Assembly: GCA_030390025.1 (NCBI GenBank)
Contig: CM059432.1
Coordinates: forward strand, 88,042,001-88,106,000
DNA: 64,000 nt
Source of the DNA: Squalus acanthias
Taxonomy: Eukaryota
Direction: 5' to 3'
Shown here: piece by piece, positions 13,401-28,400 of the stretch
How positions within the stretch are numbered: the stretch's first letter is position 1
How the letters are laid out: each line of letters begins with the position of its first letter
Program-made: the position numbers and the translations under genes
The notes under the pieces: model-generated
What the model saw: only the letters and a program-made list of their open reading frames with translations
Database searches by the model: none
What the model was told of the DNA's origin: nothing

Positions 13401-16400
13401 AATGATGGCTGGGTCACTAGGAGAACATCCTATTCTTCTTCTTTACATATTGTCAAGGGAATTTTAGTAGAACTGGCAGAGGGTACTTTAAATTAATGTT
13501 TCATCCTAAAGGCAACATTGCGAACAATGCAGTACAGCACTGCAGTTTCATCTTAGTTTATGTTCAGTGCAAGACTAGGGTTTAAACTCATAACTCGGAG
13601 ACTGGAGTACTGCCAACTGAGCCACACTAAAACTGTTCTAATATAATCACTACCTAGAAATAGTTGAAATCAAAGTTAATCCACACATTTTTCTTCTTTT
13701 CTCCTATATTTCATGCTTCTTTGACCTAAAATGATAAGTATTGAATAGTCTAGGCCCACACCAAAGCACTGTCTGATTAAACCCTGGTTTAGTAAAAATG
13801 CATTATTGTTAATGCTTTCTCTGACTGACATAAAAACTATAGGGAACTCACTTTCTACTATTGCAGGCATTTGCATGGCTCCAAAGGACAGCCTTTAGAA
13901 TGTAATTTAAGAAAACTTCAGGGTCTGTCTATTCATTTCTTTCCATGTTTCAACTTGAAGCGGATGGCACAGATCACCATTATTCTCCTTCAGAACCAGA
14001 GGAAGAAACCAATGAGGTTGAGAGACAGAGAACAAAAACTCAGGAAACGCAATCAAAAGCTCGAACACGGACAGACTCCTCAAGGACAGAACACCTTGAC
14101 ATGAATGAGGTTATAAATACCCAACAAATGTGTAAGAACAACTTAAATACTCTAATACAAAGGCAAAATACTGCAGATGCTGGAAATCTGACATCTAAAT
14201 GGAAAATGCTGGAAATACTCAGCAGGTCAGGCAGCATCTTTGGAGAGAGAAACAGAGATAACATTTCAGGTTGTTGATCTTTCGTCAGAACTGAAAAATG
14301 TTACAGATGCAACAGGTTTTAAGCAAGTACAGAGGCAGGGAAAGGAGGGGTGGGAGGAAAGAACAAAAGGTCTGTGATAGGGTAGAAGGCAGGAGTGATT
14401 AAATGACAAAAGGGATGATGGTGCAAGGCAAAAGGGGGTGGTATTGGGACAAGTAAAGAAACACAAGATGGGTTCAGAGCAGCTGAAAATGGCAACAGCA
14501 GAATCATTACCAGCATCTGCTGTCCGAAAAAATGGGAGCTGTGGTTATGATCTGAAATTGTTGAACTCAGTGTTGAGTCTGGAAGGCTGTAAAGTGCCTA
14601 AATGAAAGATGAGGTGCTGTTCCTTGAGCTTCCGTTGAGCTTCATTTGAACAGTGTAGGAGGCCAAGGACAGAAAGGTCAGAGTGGAAGTGGGACGGAGA
14701 ATTATGATGGCAAGCGACCGGAAGCTCAGGGTCACACTTGCAGACTGAACGGAAGCGTTCCGCAAAGCGATCACCCAATCTGTGTTTGGTCTCCCCAATG
14801 TAGAGGAGACTGCATCGTGAACAGCGAATACAGTATACTAAATTGCAAGAAGTACAAGTAAATCACTGTTTCACCTGGAAGGAGTGTTTGGGGCCCTGGA
14901 CGGTGGGAAGGGAGCAGGTGAAAGGACAGGTGTTACATCTCCTGCGCTTGCATGGGAAGGTGCCGTGGGAAGGGAAGGGGTGTTGGGGTGATGGAAGAGT
15001 GAACCAGTGTGTCGCGGAGGAATGGTCCCTTTGGAATGCTGAAAGGGGAGGGGAGGGAAAGATGTGTTTGGTGGTGGCATAGCGCTGCTTAATACCAGAA
15101 ATGCAAGGATATACATATCAGGAAAGGATGAACAGGCTAGGTCTCTTTTCTCTTGGAAAAAGAAGGCTGAGGGGTGACATAATAGAGGTCATTAAAATTA
15201 TGAAAGGTTTTGATAGAGTGGATACAGAGAGAGTGTTTCCACTTGTGGGGAGCAGCATAACTAGAGGCCATCAATATAAGATGTCACCAAGAAATCCAGT
15301 AGGGAATTCAGAAGAAACTTCTTTACCCAAAGAATGGTGAGAATGTGGAACTCGCTACCACAGGGAGTGGTTGAAGTGAATAGTATAGATGCATATGAGG
15401 GAGAAGAGAATAGAGGGTTATGCTGATAGATTTAGATGAGGAAAGATGGGAGGAGGCTCGAGCGGAGCATAAACGCCGGTATGGAATTGTTAGGCCGAAT
15501 GGCCTGTTTCTGTGCCGTATATCCTATGTAATCCTATGTAATATACCTTTACACATGGTTGCATCAAAAGTGCCTGTTTTCAGAATTCATGAATTATTTT
15601 TGCCATTTGTGCTAAAATTGCCAAAAAATTACATTTTGCTGCTCTGTGACATGTGGAGGGCTTGGGTAGAGGAACACATTTATTGGTTGAATGTAAATTT
15701 TATTGCACTTTTGGCTGCAAAAAAGTGCATCAGCCCCAAATAAAATCTCACGGTAGAAGTAAATCTCTTTAAGAGCACAAGGCTGATTTTGCTGATAATT
15801 GAGTTCTGTACTGGCCTTGAGATATCGCAACCATTCTGCAAAATATAATAAAATCATGAAACAGATCTAGAAAAATCACATTCTTGTTATAATCTCTTCT
15901 CCAGGTCAGTTGGTGTCTTGTGAAACCAAACTGCGTGACCGATGCAAGGGGACAACTTGTAATAGGTGAGAAACTGAGACAACACCTATTTCCTATTCTA
16001 GTAAATACTGTAAACCTGATAACTGATAGTCCATCTTTCATCAGAATTCACATGTTGGTTATCCTAGACATAGCTTCTAAGTTAGTTATCTTGATTTCAG
16101 TGGCCTAACAAAAAAGAACTTGCAAAATAGTGCTTAAAAAATTACTTAATGGCCCAGAAATTAGGCTCCCTGGCTTCCCGCGGGTGCAAGGATCCCGCGT
16201 GCACCTACCTACCGCGCCTGCCGTTGACCTCTGGGCCCACGGGGACTTCGGCTCCTGGGCCTCCTGCAGCTGCCGGCGCGTAGTGCTTGTGTATCCCAGG
16301 GGCGTAGTTAGTGCGATGCATCCCCTGGGATCACGTGGGCCATGGAGAGCCAATGGCAGCAGACCATCTTTCATTCATAGATTTGACAGGAACCTGTCAA

Positions 16401-19400
16401 ATCTATGAATTGAAATCGGCCCCAAAACAACACCTAAACTTCAAATACATTTTTTAAAAAACCATCACATTTTTAAAATAACTATAAGTTATAAATTATA
16501 CAAAAATTTAAATTTTTGAAAAAATTGAAATACTTTTTAACAGTGCTAAAAATAAACTTACCTTTCTTTAAAGTATCTAAAAAAGATAAACCTGTTGAAA
16601 ATTTTTTAAAATTGTAATTAATTAACCAATTACCTTGTTAAAAACGGGTCTTGCGCCTCCTTTTTAAAAGCGCAGCTTCTTCCTTACTTACCTTCCCGGA
16701 GAAATCTGAAAAAAAACCTAAGTTCGCTGCATGCGCGCAGCCTCTCCCGCGCACGCGGTTCACCTCTCAACCCCTCCCTTCACGAGACCGGAACACAGCG
16801 CGTACTCACCCGGCAAGTGCCGAATTTTTGGCCCAATATTTTACCTGGTGCCAGTTTAAATTTATACTGACCAGCAACTACAAGGCTCATATTTAGAAAA
16901 ATATTTTAGTAGAGGTTCGAATGTATAAAGCTGAAATCCTCTGTTCTGGAAATGGTGATAGAATTGGAAACAAGTAGCCAAGGCCCGACCTTTAACCCTG
17001 TGCCACTTTCTTATTCCAGATATGAATGCCCGGCTGGTTGCTTGGATAGCAGAGGAAAAGTAATTGGAACGCTACATTATGAAATGGTGAGTAAAAGAAT
17101 ACGAGGAAAACCCCTCATCATAGTTCTGGGGTTTCTCAATTGTGTAGCTACAAATTTTGAAAGTTACTCAATTTTTCTGCATATAAACATGTTTTTATAC
17201 TGTAGTAAATGAACAATTTATGCAGAATACACACCTGAAATGTCATAACCTGTCTTTTCTACTGACAAATGCTGACTGACCTGCTGTGTATTTCCAGCAA
17301 TTTTTGTTTTCATTTAAGATTTATAGCATTTCCTATTTATTTTGATAAACAACTTATTAAATTTCTATTTGACAAATTAGTTTTATAGTTTCTTAATATT
17401 GAAAGATATTGGGAGAGAAATTCAACTCATGGCTGCCTGTTTTTCTGTCGTAAAATTGCCGTTAGATATCTAAATTTTGTGTCGTGATCTGCCGTGCCCG
17501 AACTGTGCCGGACGCCATATTGACTTGGGCGACTTTTAGCCATTCTGGAACTAGTGGAGTGAGGTATTTCGGTTCAGTTTTATATATTGAAAAACTGAAC
17601 CCATTAATTTCCATTTTTAATCACGTTCTCCAGTATCTACTGTCCCCACACAACAACACCAAAAATGAACAATTAGTGAACTCCTCTTCCTTTCCTGCAA
17701 CTTAGCCCATTAAATGTGATGGATCTGGAAAAACAAGTAGAGAGGGACAAGGGATAGCTGTTAGTGGCAAGAGTTAGCAGAGACAGATGAGTGGCAGCTC
17801 AAAGCAGCACCACTTTGTCAAGCAGAGCGTGTGAGGGAGAGAGTTCAGTGAGAAGGGAAAGGAGGATAAGTTGGCCAAGTACCCTGTGGAGCACATCCTC
17901 TAGCCAGGCTAGTTGCAACATCTTTGATGTGCCTTCTGCCCACTAGTCCTTCCAATGGGCATAAGACTTGTAGGGATGTCCTCATCTGCTCCCTGGTTTT
18001 GTGTACCAGTTTTTCCTGCAAGAAGAAAGGGAGTGTGTTAGTGTGTGGCCTGCTGAAAGGTTGTCAAGATGGGCATGTCAGGGTAGAATATTGTGAATGG
18101 TGCATGAAAGATAGTATAGGTTTAGAGAAGTGAAGGGAGTAATTGTGAGGACAGTAGCAGCTGCAGATTGTGCCAGTAGCAGCAGAAGCAGATGCCGTGA
18201 AGTGTGTAGGAGAGTGAAGGGAAGCGGGTGAGTGAAGGCTTGTGAGTGCTGGGGCTACAAGTGGTGCAGGACTAAGCAGAGAGTAAGAGAGATGTGAGTA
18301 GGAGTCTTGCCTTAGCACCTCTGGCCCGATCACTGAATTTCTTGCGACATTGCAGCCAGGTTTTGGGTGCAATGCTCCTCGCATTAATCTGCTCTGCCTC
18401 TTCTGATCACTGCTACTGGGCTAATTGCCGTGGTAATCTTCTCATCCTGTTGGCTGGAAAAATCAGTTCCCTTCTCCTGGTTACCTCCTCTATGAGAACC
18501 TGCAGAGCGGTGTCTGAAAATCAGACAAAAGAGATGTCCTTGCAGAACTTGTTTTAATCACCATCGTCACTCTATAGGAATGGCTGAAAGCAATGATTCA
18601 AAAACAGCCAAGGTGCTCTTTCCCTTTAAGGCTGCCTTTAAATGACATCACTGCTACTTGATTTCCCACCCACCTCCCCATTGGCAAACTGACAATAAAC
18701 AGCACGAGTAATGTTGACTGCTTGCAAATCCTAATCAAATGAGGCATGAGCACAAATTTGGTTCATGCTTATCGCTGACGTCATTAGAGGCGTGCACCAG
18801 CTATGTCTATTTAATGACTGTAAAATTAAAGCTTGTAAAATTAAATAAATCTGTTGGACTATAACCTGGTGTTGTGCGACTTCTCATTTAATGACTGTTT
18901 TTGGGGCAAGTTGAATTTCTCCCATCCCCACCATAGAATCATGTTTTATATCTTAGTTTGTCATCTATAATCAATTTTATATCTTTCTTTGCTTTGCCAA
19001 TAACATAGAGGTCAACTAATGGCAAAAAATCTAAATGGTGTTTAGGATATGTTAGCAAATATGTAGTGGGTTTATTATATTCTTTAATTTCATGTGTATT
19101 TTTTTTCAGCAATCAAGCATTTGTAGAGCTGCAATGCATTATGGAGTGCTGGACAATGAAGGTGGCTGGGTAGATGTTACCAGACAAGGAAAGAAACCTT
19201 TCTTTATAAAAGCCAATAGAAATGGGGTTCAATCGATTGGGTGAGTATTGGTGACTCCAATTGCAAACCATTTGTAAACCACAAAAAGAAGGCAGAGAAG
19301 TAGAGCTGCAGTTCCACACTGGGAGCGCAGGAGTGCTGAATTTTCACGTAAATTACAATCATTGTAATGTCCTTCCAGATATTTGTTCTATATAAGAAAA

Positions 19401-22400
19401 CTAGTGGCCCTGAAAATGCATGGGTTGTGACCGTGGCAGTCATGCATTAATTGAGCTTGCCGGCGCGCTTCATCACTAACTCTGCCGGAGCTTGGAGGGG
19501 GACAAGGTGGATGAGACATTTACAGGGGGCTGGAAGATGCCAGGCCCATTATGAGTGCACCTTGTGAAACTCCAGAGCCTGCTGCCACAGAGGGAATTGT
19601 TCAAGCTCTCCCACACCACCGCCGCCCCCCCCACCCCGCCCCACTCCCCGAAACCCCATGCAGTCACACCACCCTTCTGCAGATGTAATGCAGACCCACC
19701 TCCTCAGCTTTCTGTTTATAGGAGCCAAATCTAAAATTAAAAAAACCAAATTCTGTACCTTCAGGGGTCCAGGCTACTTCCCGAGCTTGAACCCCCTTCC
19801 CCCCCAGGGGCCCATTTCTGCCTTTCTGGAAGCTGGTACACCTCATATCATGAGACGTTCCAGTCTCCAGTCCTCCGCTGGGTCCCTTAAATGCTGGGGA
19901 ATCAGGGAATCCCAGTGCAGGGAGCCTTGGTTCCAACCTACGCCCCCCATCCGGGTCACCCCCCCCGTAACATACCATTATACATGTTTGCCATTCTAAT
20001 AGTAATCTTTTCCCCACAGCATTTTAGAGCTTTATTTAGTCATTAGTTGATCTTCTGTGGTGTTGCATAAGACGAAGGGCACGTTTCTGGTTTGGTAGGG
20101 TTAATTGAATGAAGGCAGGGGGCAGACAGCAGCCTTCCCTGTTGGGGTGAGGGGATGAAAATCTAGGTTGGGGCGAGGATGCAGCAGTAGGCTTCCCTGC
20201 CCAATTTTGCTTGATATCCCACCATTATATCACTCAAGTATTGTTCCGTTTGTAACTGTGAAACACATTTGTTAACAAAACATAAAAGTATGGAAAGTAT
20301 TGAATACCACTGTTAAATGTTTTAAGATCGGTAATGTAAGCCATTAGCCTTGATAATACTACCTCAGCAATACATTCACCACAACATCAGAATAATCTGT
20401 ATCTGCAAAAAATTAAAGGCAGCTACTCTCTAATATGCAATTAACAATATTTAGAATGAAAAACATCTTGCAGTACAGTGGTTTTTAGTATTACTAAAGT
20501 AGTTATTTTATAGCTGAATTGCTTCAAAAATTATTCCCTTCAATCCACTAGATTTATAAATTGAAGATCTGCATTCCTCACTATAACAAACTTACACATT
20601 TCTTCTTTTGTTTTAGTAAATATAAAGCTGCCAATTCATTTACTGTCTCTAAAGTAACAGGTTAGTTCTTTTAAAGCATATTTTAAACATTTTAATTTAG
20701 TTTATTGCAGTTATATGTATTTTAATTATTAACTATAACTTTTTTCTCTAGTCCGATCTGCTAACTGCCAGACAAGAGGACATCAAATATGCACATTCAA
20801 AAAACCAACTTCACATTGTCCGAGGTAACTGAGAATGAATGATGTACTGATTCATATTGATTATCATTCTAAAAATGTATTCTGCACTGTGTCCACATTA
20901 TTGGTTTGCCTCCCCCAACCCCCTCCCTAATCTTAGGTTTCCCATTCTCTGTGCTGTGTCTCCAACAGTACTCTTCCTGGAGTTGTGCTGCCAGGGTCAC
21001 TGGATCTGATTTCTGGGAAGTGCACAACAGTGAAGCTGCTGAACATAATATCCAGTTTTCCTTTGCTCATTCTGGAAAAGCACCTCACTTTTCAGTATCT
21101 CAGTCAGGCAGCTTTGTCGAGATTGATAACTCAAAAAATGGGAATTAAACAAGAGAATTTACAGGTTAAAATGCTGAGTATTAAGGGGGAAAAATTCAGT
21201 TGCTTTGCGCCTCCCATTAGCACCCCTCGAGGCGCTAATGGGGCACAAGGCACCTAGCGCCTGGGCACGGTGCCGCTGACACCTCCCGCGAAATTCAGCG
21301 GGAGGTTAGCGGCGGCAGTAGCCGGTAGCACCCCGTGGCGCTGCGCCTCCGGCGATGACGTCATCGCCGTGTGCTGTGCCCCGCTCACACCCCGGCTGCA
21401 AACTTGGCTCGTGCCCCCTGACCTACTGCTGGACGGTATGTCCGACAGGGTCAGGGTGGCGTTTTTGCGGCTGGGGCGGCGCAAATTAAAGGGCAGGTGC
21501 CGGGCAGCCATTTTTTTTGGGCCACCTGCCAGCACCTGCCCCCTCTTGCCTCCTCCTGCGGGGTGCCGGCCGCGATCGGTCAGCCCGGCACTCCTCTTGG
21601 TCCAGCAGGGCCCCCGCGCGGCTCCTCCCCTTTAATCAGGGGAGGGAGGCCTGCAGTACCGCGGTGCTACGTGCCGACGCGGGTAGCGCTGCTGTATGTA
21701 GCGCCACGATATTTAATGGGAGCGACCCAAGAGGGAGGGGGAGCGCTTCCAGTAGCACCCCTCCTCCTGCTTGGGGCGCTACCATTCAATTTCGGGCGCA
21801 GGGGCGCTAACATTTTTGGGGCGCTACGAAGTTAGTGCCCCAAAGAGGGCGCGAGCCAATTTTCCGCCCCAATATATCCACTACTAAATCATGTATATTT
21901 TAAATTGTTAATTTTTGGTGTTGTGTGGGGAGCATAGAGACTGGTGAACATGGTTAAAAATGGAAATTAATGGGTTCAGTTTGTCAGTATAAAACCAAAA
22001 TGTTTCACTTCACTCCTGCATGTTGCTCTGTTATTGTCACTGTTTAGTGGTTAATGATCTTACCTTTGGATCCAGACTACTTTTCTTATATTTAGCAATA
22101 TTACGCTGTTACTAGTATGATGGCTCCAACATTTCTGTGAGGTGGGGAGGATGTGGGGGAGCGCAGCAGCGCTAGGAAAACCCGGCAAGGCCGGGGACAT
22201 GGAGCTCCTGCTGAATTTAACAGCAGGATCTCATTATAATTTTATTCTTCCATTTCCCGCTCGGCAGCTAGTCAAATTGACAGGCTGGCCAGCTGCCAGG
22301 CGGGTAAAGCAGTGGCAGGAAGTCGCAGCCAGGGACCCTTAGGGATGGACCCCGGCAGTCAGGAGGGGAGCAGGCTCCAGATCGGGTCTTGGAGGGGCAG

Positions 22401-25400
22401 GGCGGTCAGCGATTGCTGAAGATCTTCTTGAGGCGCCAGGGAGAGCACTCCTGCTCCTCCTAGACCACAAGGAGTGCTGAAAAAGGGACTTGCCTTCTAG
22501 AACCGGCAGCTCCCTTCTCCATTTCACTGCCGAGTTTCCTGAGCCTTGGCAGCTGTTAACTTTAAATCAGGCACCCAAATGCACTGTGGGAGCCTGATTT
22601 AATTATGTTAATGAAGTGTCCCACCTCTCCAAGACGGGACCCTCGCACGCCACGCTATAAATAGCGGCAGGTGCATACGTGTCGGGTTGGGTTGCATTTT
22701 AAGTTTATTAGGGTTTAACCCTCCACTCCCCGCGCCCTCCCCTCCTTCCTCCTGCCCGTCGTGGGTGGGTTAATATCCAGACCGATGTGTTTCAAACTGC
22801 AGCAAACTAATTTATTTTCATTGTAATAATGTTACAAACAAAGAGCCATATTGTTCTCTTTTCTTCTCTTACTGCCTGTATCTAGCAAACAAACTCAAAT
22901 CAAGATGGTGCAATTTCAGTGTAAGGTTTCTATACAAACTAAATTTGTCAAGCAGTGAATTGTTTCTAAACTAATATAAGTGTTGAATATTTCTTTCATC
23001 CACCTCTGGTCAGTTAAAGCTTGACTCAAAAGACACAGTTATCTGTCCTGAAAGAACAAAAGGAAGGTCTGTGATAGGGTGGAAGGCAGGAGTGATTAAG
23101 TGACAAAAGGTATCATTCCCTTTTGTTCTTTCCTCCCCTCCCTCCTTTCTCTGCCCCTACACTTGCTTAAAATCTGTTACATCTCTAACTTTTTCCAGTT
23201 CTGACGAAGGATCATCGACCTGAAACGTTGACTCTGTTTCTCTCTCCACAGATGCTGCCTGACCTGCTGAGTATTTCCAGCATTTTCTGTTTTTATTTCA
23301 TATGGGAAACCTTGTTTCGCTGATTAGGATAGTGTTGTTGAAATCCGTACTGAATATTTTAGGTTGAGGGGTGTGTGATGCAATATTGCAGGTGATTACT
23401 TCTGAGTGACTATAAGAGTAAGCTTGAGGTTTGGATTAGGAATCACCTATGGATGTTTCAGAAACTACAAAGCGCTGGATTTGATCGTTCCTGTCCTATA
23501 TCTTTTTCTTCCTGCTTCATGAAAATTTAAACAAGCATTTAAAATAAAGAGGTTAGCTTAGTTTCTATTCTTTTTGAATGAAATGTGTGGGTAAAGTGAT
23601 AGGGGAGAATCCTTGAAAGCATTAAATGGGCCATCTTGGCTCAATGTCAAAAAAAATGAGCAGTGTCCCCTTTTACCTATGGTGTCCGCAGGGAGCGGTT
23701 TCTCTTTAAACAACACTGAATGCTGCATGCCTTCTTCAGCGCAATGAGAGGTACAAACTACAGTACAAACAAAATAGTTAACTTACCCTGTTTTACACCC
23801 ACACCCTCCTCCCTTCTCCTCTGATCCCTTAAAACCGGAAGTCCGATCAAACCACAAACTTCCCCGTCGCAGTCGGCAGGCTCCCCACAAATGAATGAAC
23901 AATTTGCCGAACCCTTTCTCCATCTGTAGAAATTTTGCGAGCTGGACCCGGAGCTGATTTAAAAGATTACCTCCATAGATAGGTTCCGGAGGTTTGTTTG
24001 TGTCACTTTGATGCGCTTTAAATGACAAGAGCTTGCTCCACAAGAGCTGAATGAAATGCTGTAACATTGATTGGTGAGCAGGTGGCAGGTAAATTGCTGT
24101 AATAAATACAGCAACTGTTCCGTACATGGGCTACAGGCTGACTCATTTCTTCCTCGTTCTCCTTAAATGCAAGCGGTAACAGACACGACCTTTGGCCTCC
24201 TGCTCAGCTTAGAGCCGGAAAGAGTGCATTACACCACAAATTCTCCGCACCGCTGATGTAAATTAGTTGGCAGCACCAAAATACCACTGCTGCCTGCACT
24301 TTCTCTGCGGGTGCCTGTTAGACTTGGCCGGCGCTGTTATCGACAGGTTTCCGACCTACTCGAATTTCTAGGCCCAAGAGTATGGCAGCAGATTATCAGG
24401 AGCTAGGACTAGGTCCATAGAAGTTCTAAGACTTGAAAAAGAGCATCAAGTGAAGACAAGGGCATTACCATGTCTTAATATAAATATGAAGAACATATAT
24501 AGGAATGATTTTAAAAGTAAATTGTTAAGAATATCACTTAAGTAAAGGCGACACTCATTAGGGTAGGAAATGTCCCAAAGCATTTTGTTTGAGGATTTCC
24601 TTTTGACAAAATATGGTATTTTGACAGTGAAAATCGTATAACAATATCCACAGGGCTGCCACTGCTTGCGTCAGTTTTACTTAAACCGAACTATTGAACC
24701 TATGTATTTTGCTCTCTAATTTCAGAATGTATTGTCCACAAAATTGTATGCAGGAAAATCCACATCTGGCTCGGGTTATTGGAACCCGCTTCTACTCCGA
24801 TGTAAGTAGCTGGAATACATCTTGCTAGGGGATTTGTTTCAGTTATTGTATGAAGTTCTCAGTATTGTATCATAGTTAATGCACTTTATATATAACGGGA
24901 ATCCAATTAACAGTTTTCTATGCACTACATGATAGGCTAGACATCATATCAGTCTTCGCTGATGGATGTTATGACGCTGATGCATTTTTTAACATATGTC
25001 ATTATCAAACACTTGTTGAATTACAAATTTCACACAAGACATGCACTGTGGAACTTTAAAGTTTATTGGATTATTTGTGAGTTTTCACCAAACCAGATAG
25101 AAGCACTACCGACCAGAATACAGGCCAGAGACAGGGTAATGACATCGTAGTGCTGATTCTCCAACCTATGCTGCCTTTGAATGCAGCTCCCTGATAGCAG
25201 AGCATGAGTGATAAATTTAGCATCAATATGCCAAATAAACCTGATGACAACACTGTAAAGGGATTTTAAAAGAACCTTATAACCGATTCAATGAACAGAG
25301 AAATAGTGAGCGAGGAAACCCGGATAAACCAATAACTGTAATTCTTGAGTTAACCACTTCTGTCAACTGTCTGCCGTACATAAGATTTTACTTTGCTTGC

Positions 25401-28400
25401 ATCTGACCAATAGTCAAAGTTTTCAAACTCTACCCCGTTGAAAAGAAAAGTAGCAGATGGTTCCCAGGCAATATGCACTCATGCACTCAAACATTTGCTG
25501 TGGTTTTTGGAAAATTCCAGCTTATCATTTTTTTAAATACTTTGTGATGCCATAAATTGTTCCTACAATGTATTCTAGGAAGGATGCCACCACTGGTACC
25601 AACTAGTGCTCTGCATCTGGGCTACAACACTTTCCAGAGAGCTTGGACTCAAAAACCAAACCGATATTTATTTATTATTAATTTTGTTTGCCAAAATTCT
25701 GTGGAAAGTTTTACAGTACAGGTACAGAGAACAAGGGAGCCACAGTGATGCCATCCTTTCCAGCATGAATTTAATGAAGGAAAGTAAGTCATATCCATGG
25801 GTGGCGAAAACATGTAATGTTGCAAGTGGGAGTTCCACATTACAACATCATGGGTAAGAAATTGAAATTTACCATTTAAAAAAACCAAAATAGAGGTAAA
25901 TTTTCACCTTTAATGTTTTTGTTTTACCTTTAGCGTTCTTGGTGCAAAGCTTTACCCAATTTGCAGGATTTTACGTCCATTAAAATTGAGCGTGCTCAGA
26001 TTCTCGATATACATTTGCAGCACTTGAAGCTTTGCACCAGAAGTGCAAAAAATAACCACTTACCCCACGGTAAAGTTTCCCTTTTAAATCTGAGAAGGTA
26101 TCAATCATACACCTATGCAATAATACTGTACAATAGTAATGTGTAAAGCAAATAAGACTTTGATGACATTTATTCAGTGATATTTATTATAGTAAGCATT
26201 CCAATATCTTATGCCAGTTCAGCAGGTCCAAGGATTTTCAAACATTTTATTATATGATTCAGGGAGATAAACCACACTTTTAGTTATAGCCCAGAATCTC
26301 AAACTCCTTCGAAACATTGGCAGTCATATGACAATATTGTCCCTGTTAAAAATCATGATTGTGACTTTTTACTAACTGCATGTGCAAGATTTGCACATAT
26401 GCATTTGCTTTAAAATGGTGTTAGTGATTTCTGAGTAATTGCGTATGCGCAAACTTGCACATTAACTGTTTTTCCTGTTGCTCAATTTGCCCCACAGTGT
26501 AAACAGTGGGCCGTATTTTGAGACCCCTACGGGTGCGTACGAGGTGCACACGTGCCCGTAGGGGCTGCACAAGTTCCAGGTTTAGGCATGCGAAGCGAAT
26601 GCGCTGAAACCCAGCACTTGCGATCTGTCAAGAATCTTATTGACAGATCCTCCGCATCCCTGGGAAAAGGGCATCCGCGGGTGGAGAGTCGCGCTATTTG
26701 TCCAACTTCCGCCCGCTGAAAGGCCGTGGAATTCTTACGCCTGGTAAAAGCAGGCATAAGGCCTGCTTTTACCAGCATAAGAGTTTTAAAAAATAGAAAA
26801 ATAAAATTTTATCACTCACTTATACATTAGAAACCCTGTCCAATAAGGTAAGTTTATATTTAGCCCCGTTAAAACATATAAAAAAAATTTTCAAAAATTT
26901 TAATTTTGTTTAAAATATTTAATTAAATGCCATTTTAATTAATTATATATATGTAATTTAAAAAAAAATATTTCATGTGTTCGTGTATTTTTTAAGTCAT
27001 CCCCATTCATAGTCATGGGAGAGCCTGGGTGCAGCCGTGCACCTCTGTGCAGTGATTGCCAGTGTTTGCAGAACCTCAATGCTGTAGAACAGACAGCACA
27101 AATGCCAAAATAAAGTAGGCCATGGTCCCTTTAAGGAAACCGGCTGATGACGCGTCATTGAATGACGTCATCAGACCCGCTTCCTTCAATTGGCTGGCAA
27201 ACGCACTGGGCGGGCTTAACAAGCCCAATCAGGGGAAATCATTCTACACAGCGGGCTGGAGCCGGCAGCGGGGTTGGGAGCTGCCACCGACGTCGCCCGC
27301 CACGGACCCGCCGAGGTTGGGGAAATCGTGGCCTAACTTTCTGAATCATATAAAAACATTTTATTACTTCAGTAAGCTCTACAGTTGGTTCTTGAATGAT
27401 GATCCCCTGCTCCTCCTTTCCCCACAAAAATTCTACAAATGGGCCTTTTCTTGAATGGCCACCATTTTCTGAGTGAAATTCAAAGGAGAATGATGAATTG
27501 AACACAGTAATAATCTGGAATATGTGACCCATGAAACACTAAACAGTGTAAACGAGTTCACAGCACAGTGTTAAAGAAGGGCTATGTAAGGTAGTATGAA
27601 TTGTTTATACTGGTTTACAAAATACATCAAAATGCACATAGATACTAGGAATGACACTGCAGCATAGGAAAATAACTGTACATTAAAGTTTGACTGGAAC
27701 ACAGATTTCTTTTGTTCAAACACCATTGCATAACTTCATCAGAAATGCGCCAGAATACGCAACGAAGTTATGGTGGTACAGTGGCAGAAAGTTTGAGGAA
27801 ATTCACAGTCTACGTTTTTGAATTCCGCTTCTCAGGAGGAAGCCACTGGCAGCGAAATTCGGCTCCGTAGCACCCGGTTTTTCGACGATACGGGTGCCGT
27901 TTTGGGTCCAAAATGGCATCTGTGCCATGCGTGCACACTTCTGGTGCGGGCCGTGCCGGACGCCATTTTGGTGAGCTCGTTAGTGCGGGCGCTGGGAGTG
28001 TACACCGGAAGTATGCATAGTACACAGATTGTGACGTCAGTCAGTGTGTAACGCTGATTTGATGCCAGAGCTGCCATTTTCGACCTCAACGCTCCAGCTA
28101 ACGCCTTCTCTTAAACACGCAGAGCTGAACATGCGTTCAGCAGCAGGAAGGACCCCCCCACCAGTGCTATTTAAAGGGATCATCAACTGCTTTCAGGTTA
28201 GTTGCTGATTGATTTCTACTGGCTCTTGGTGAGTTTGTAGAAGTGTTTGGTGGTTTGTTATCTTTGAATTACTGAATTCTCCAGGGAGTGGTGTAGCAGG
28301 TTACCTCTAGGCTTCTGCTCAGACCAGTTGCTCCCAGACATGGGTGCAGTAGTTTGTATCCACCTTGGCCTGTAGCATGACAGGGAGAATGAGCAGAGAC

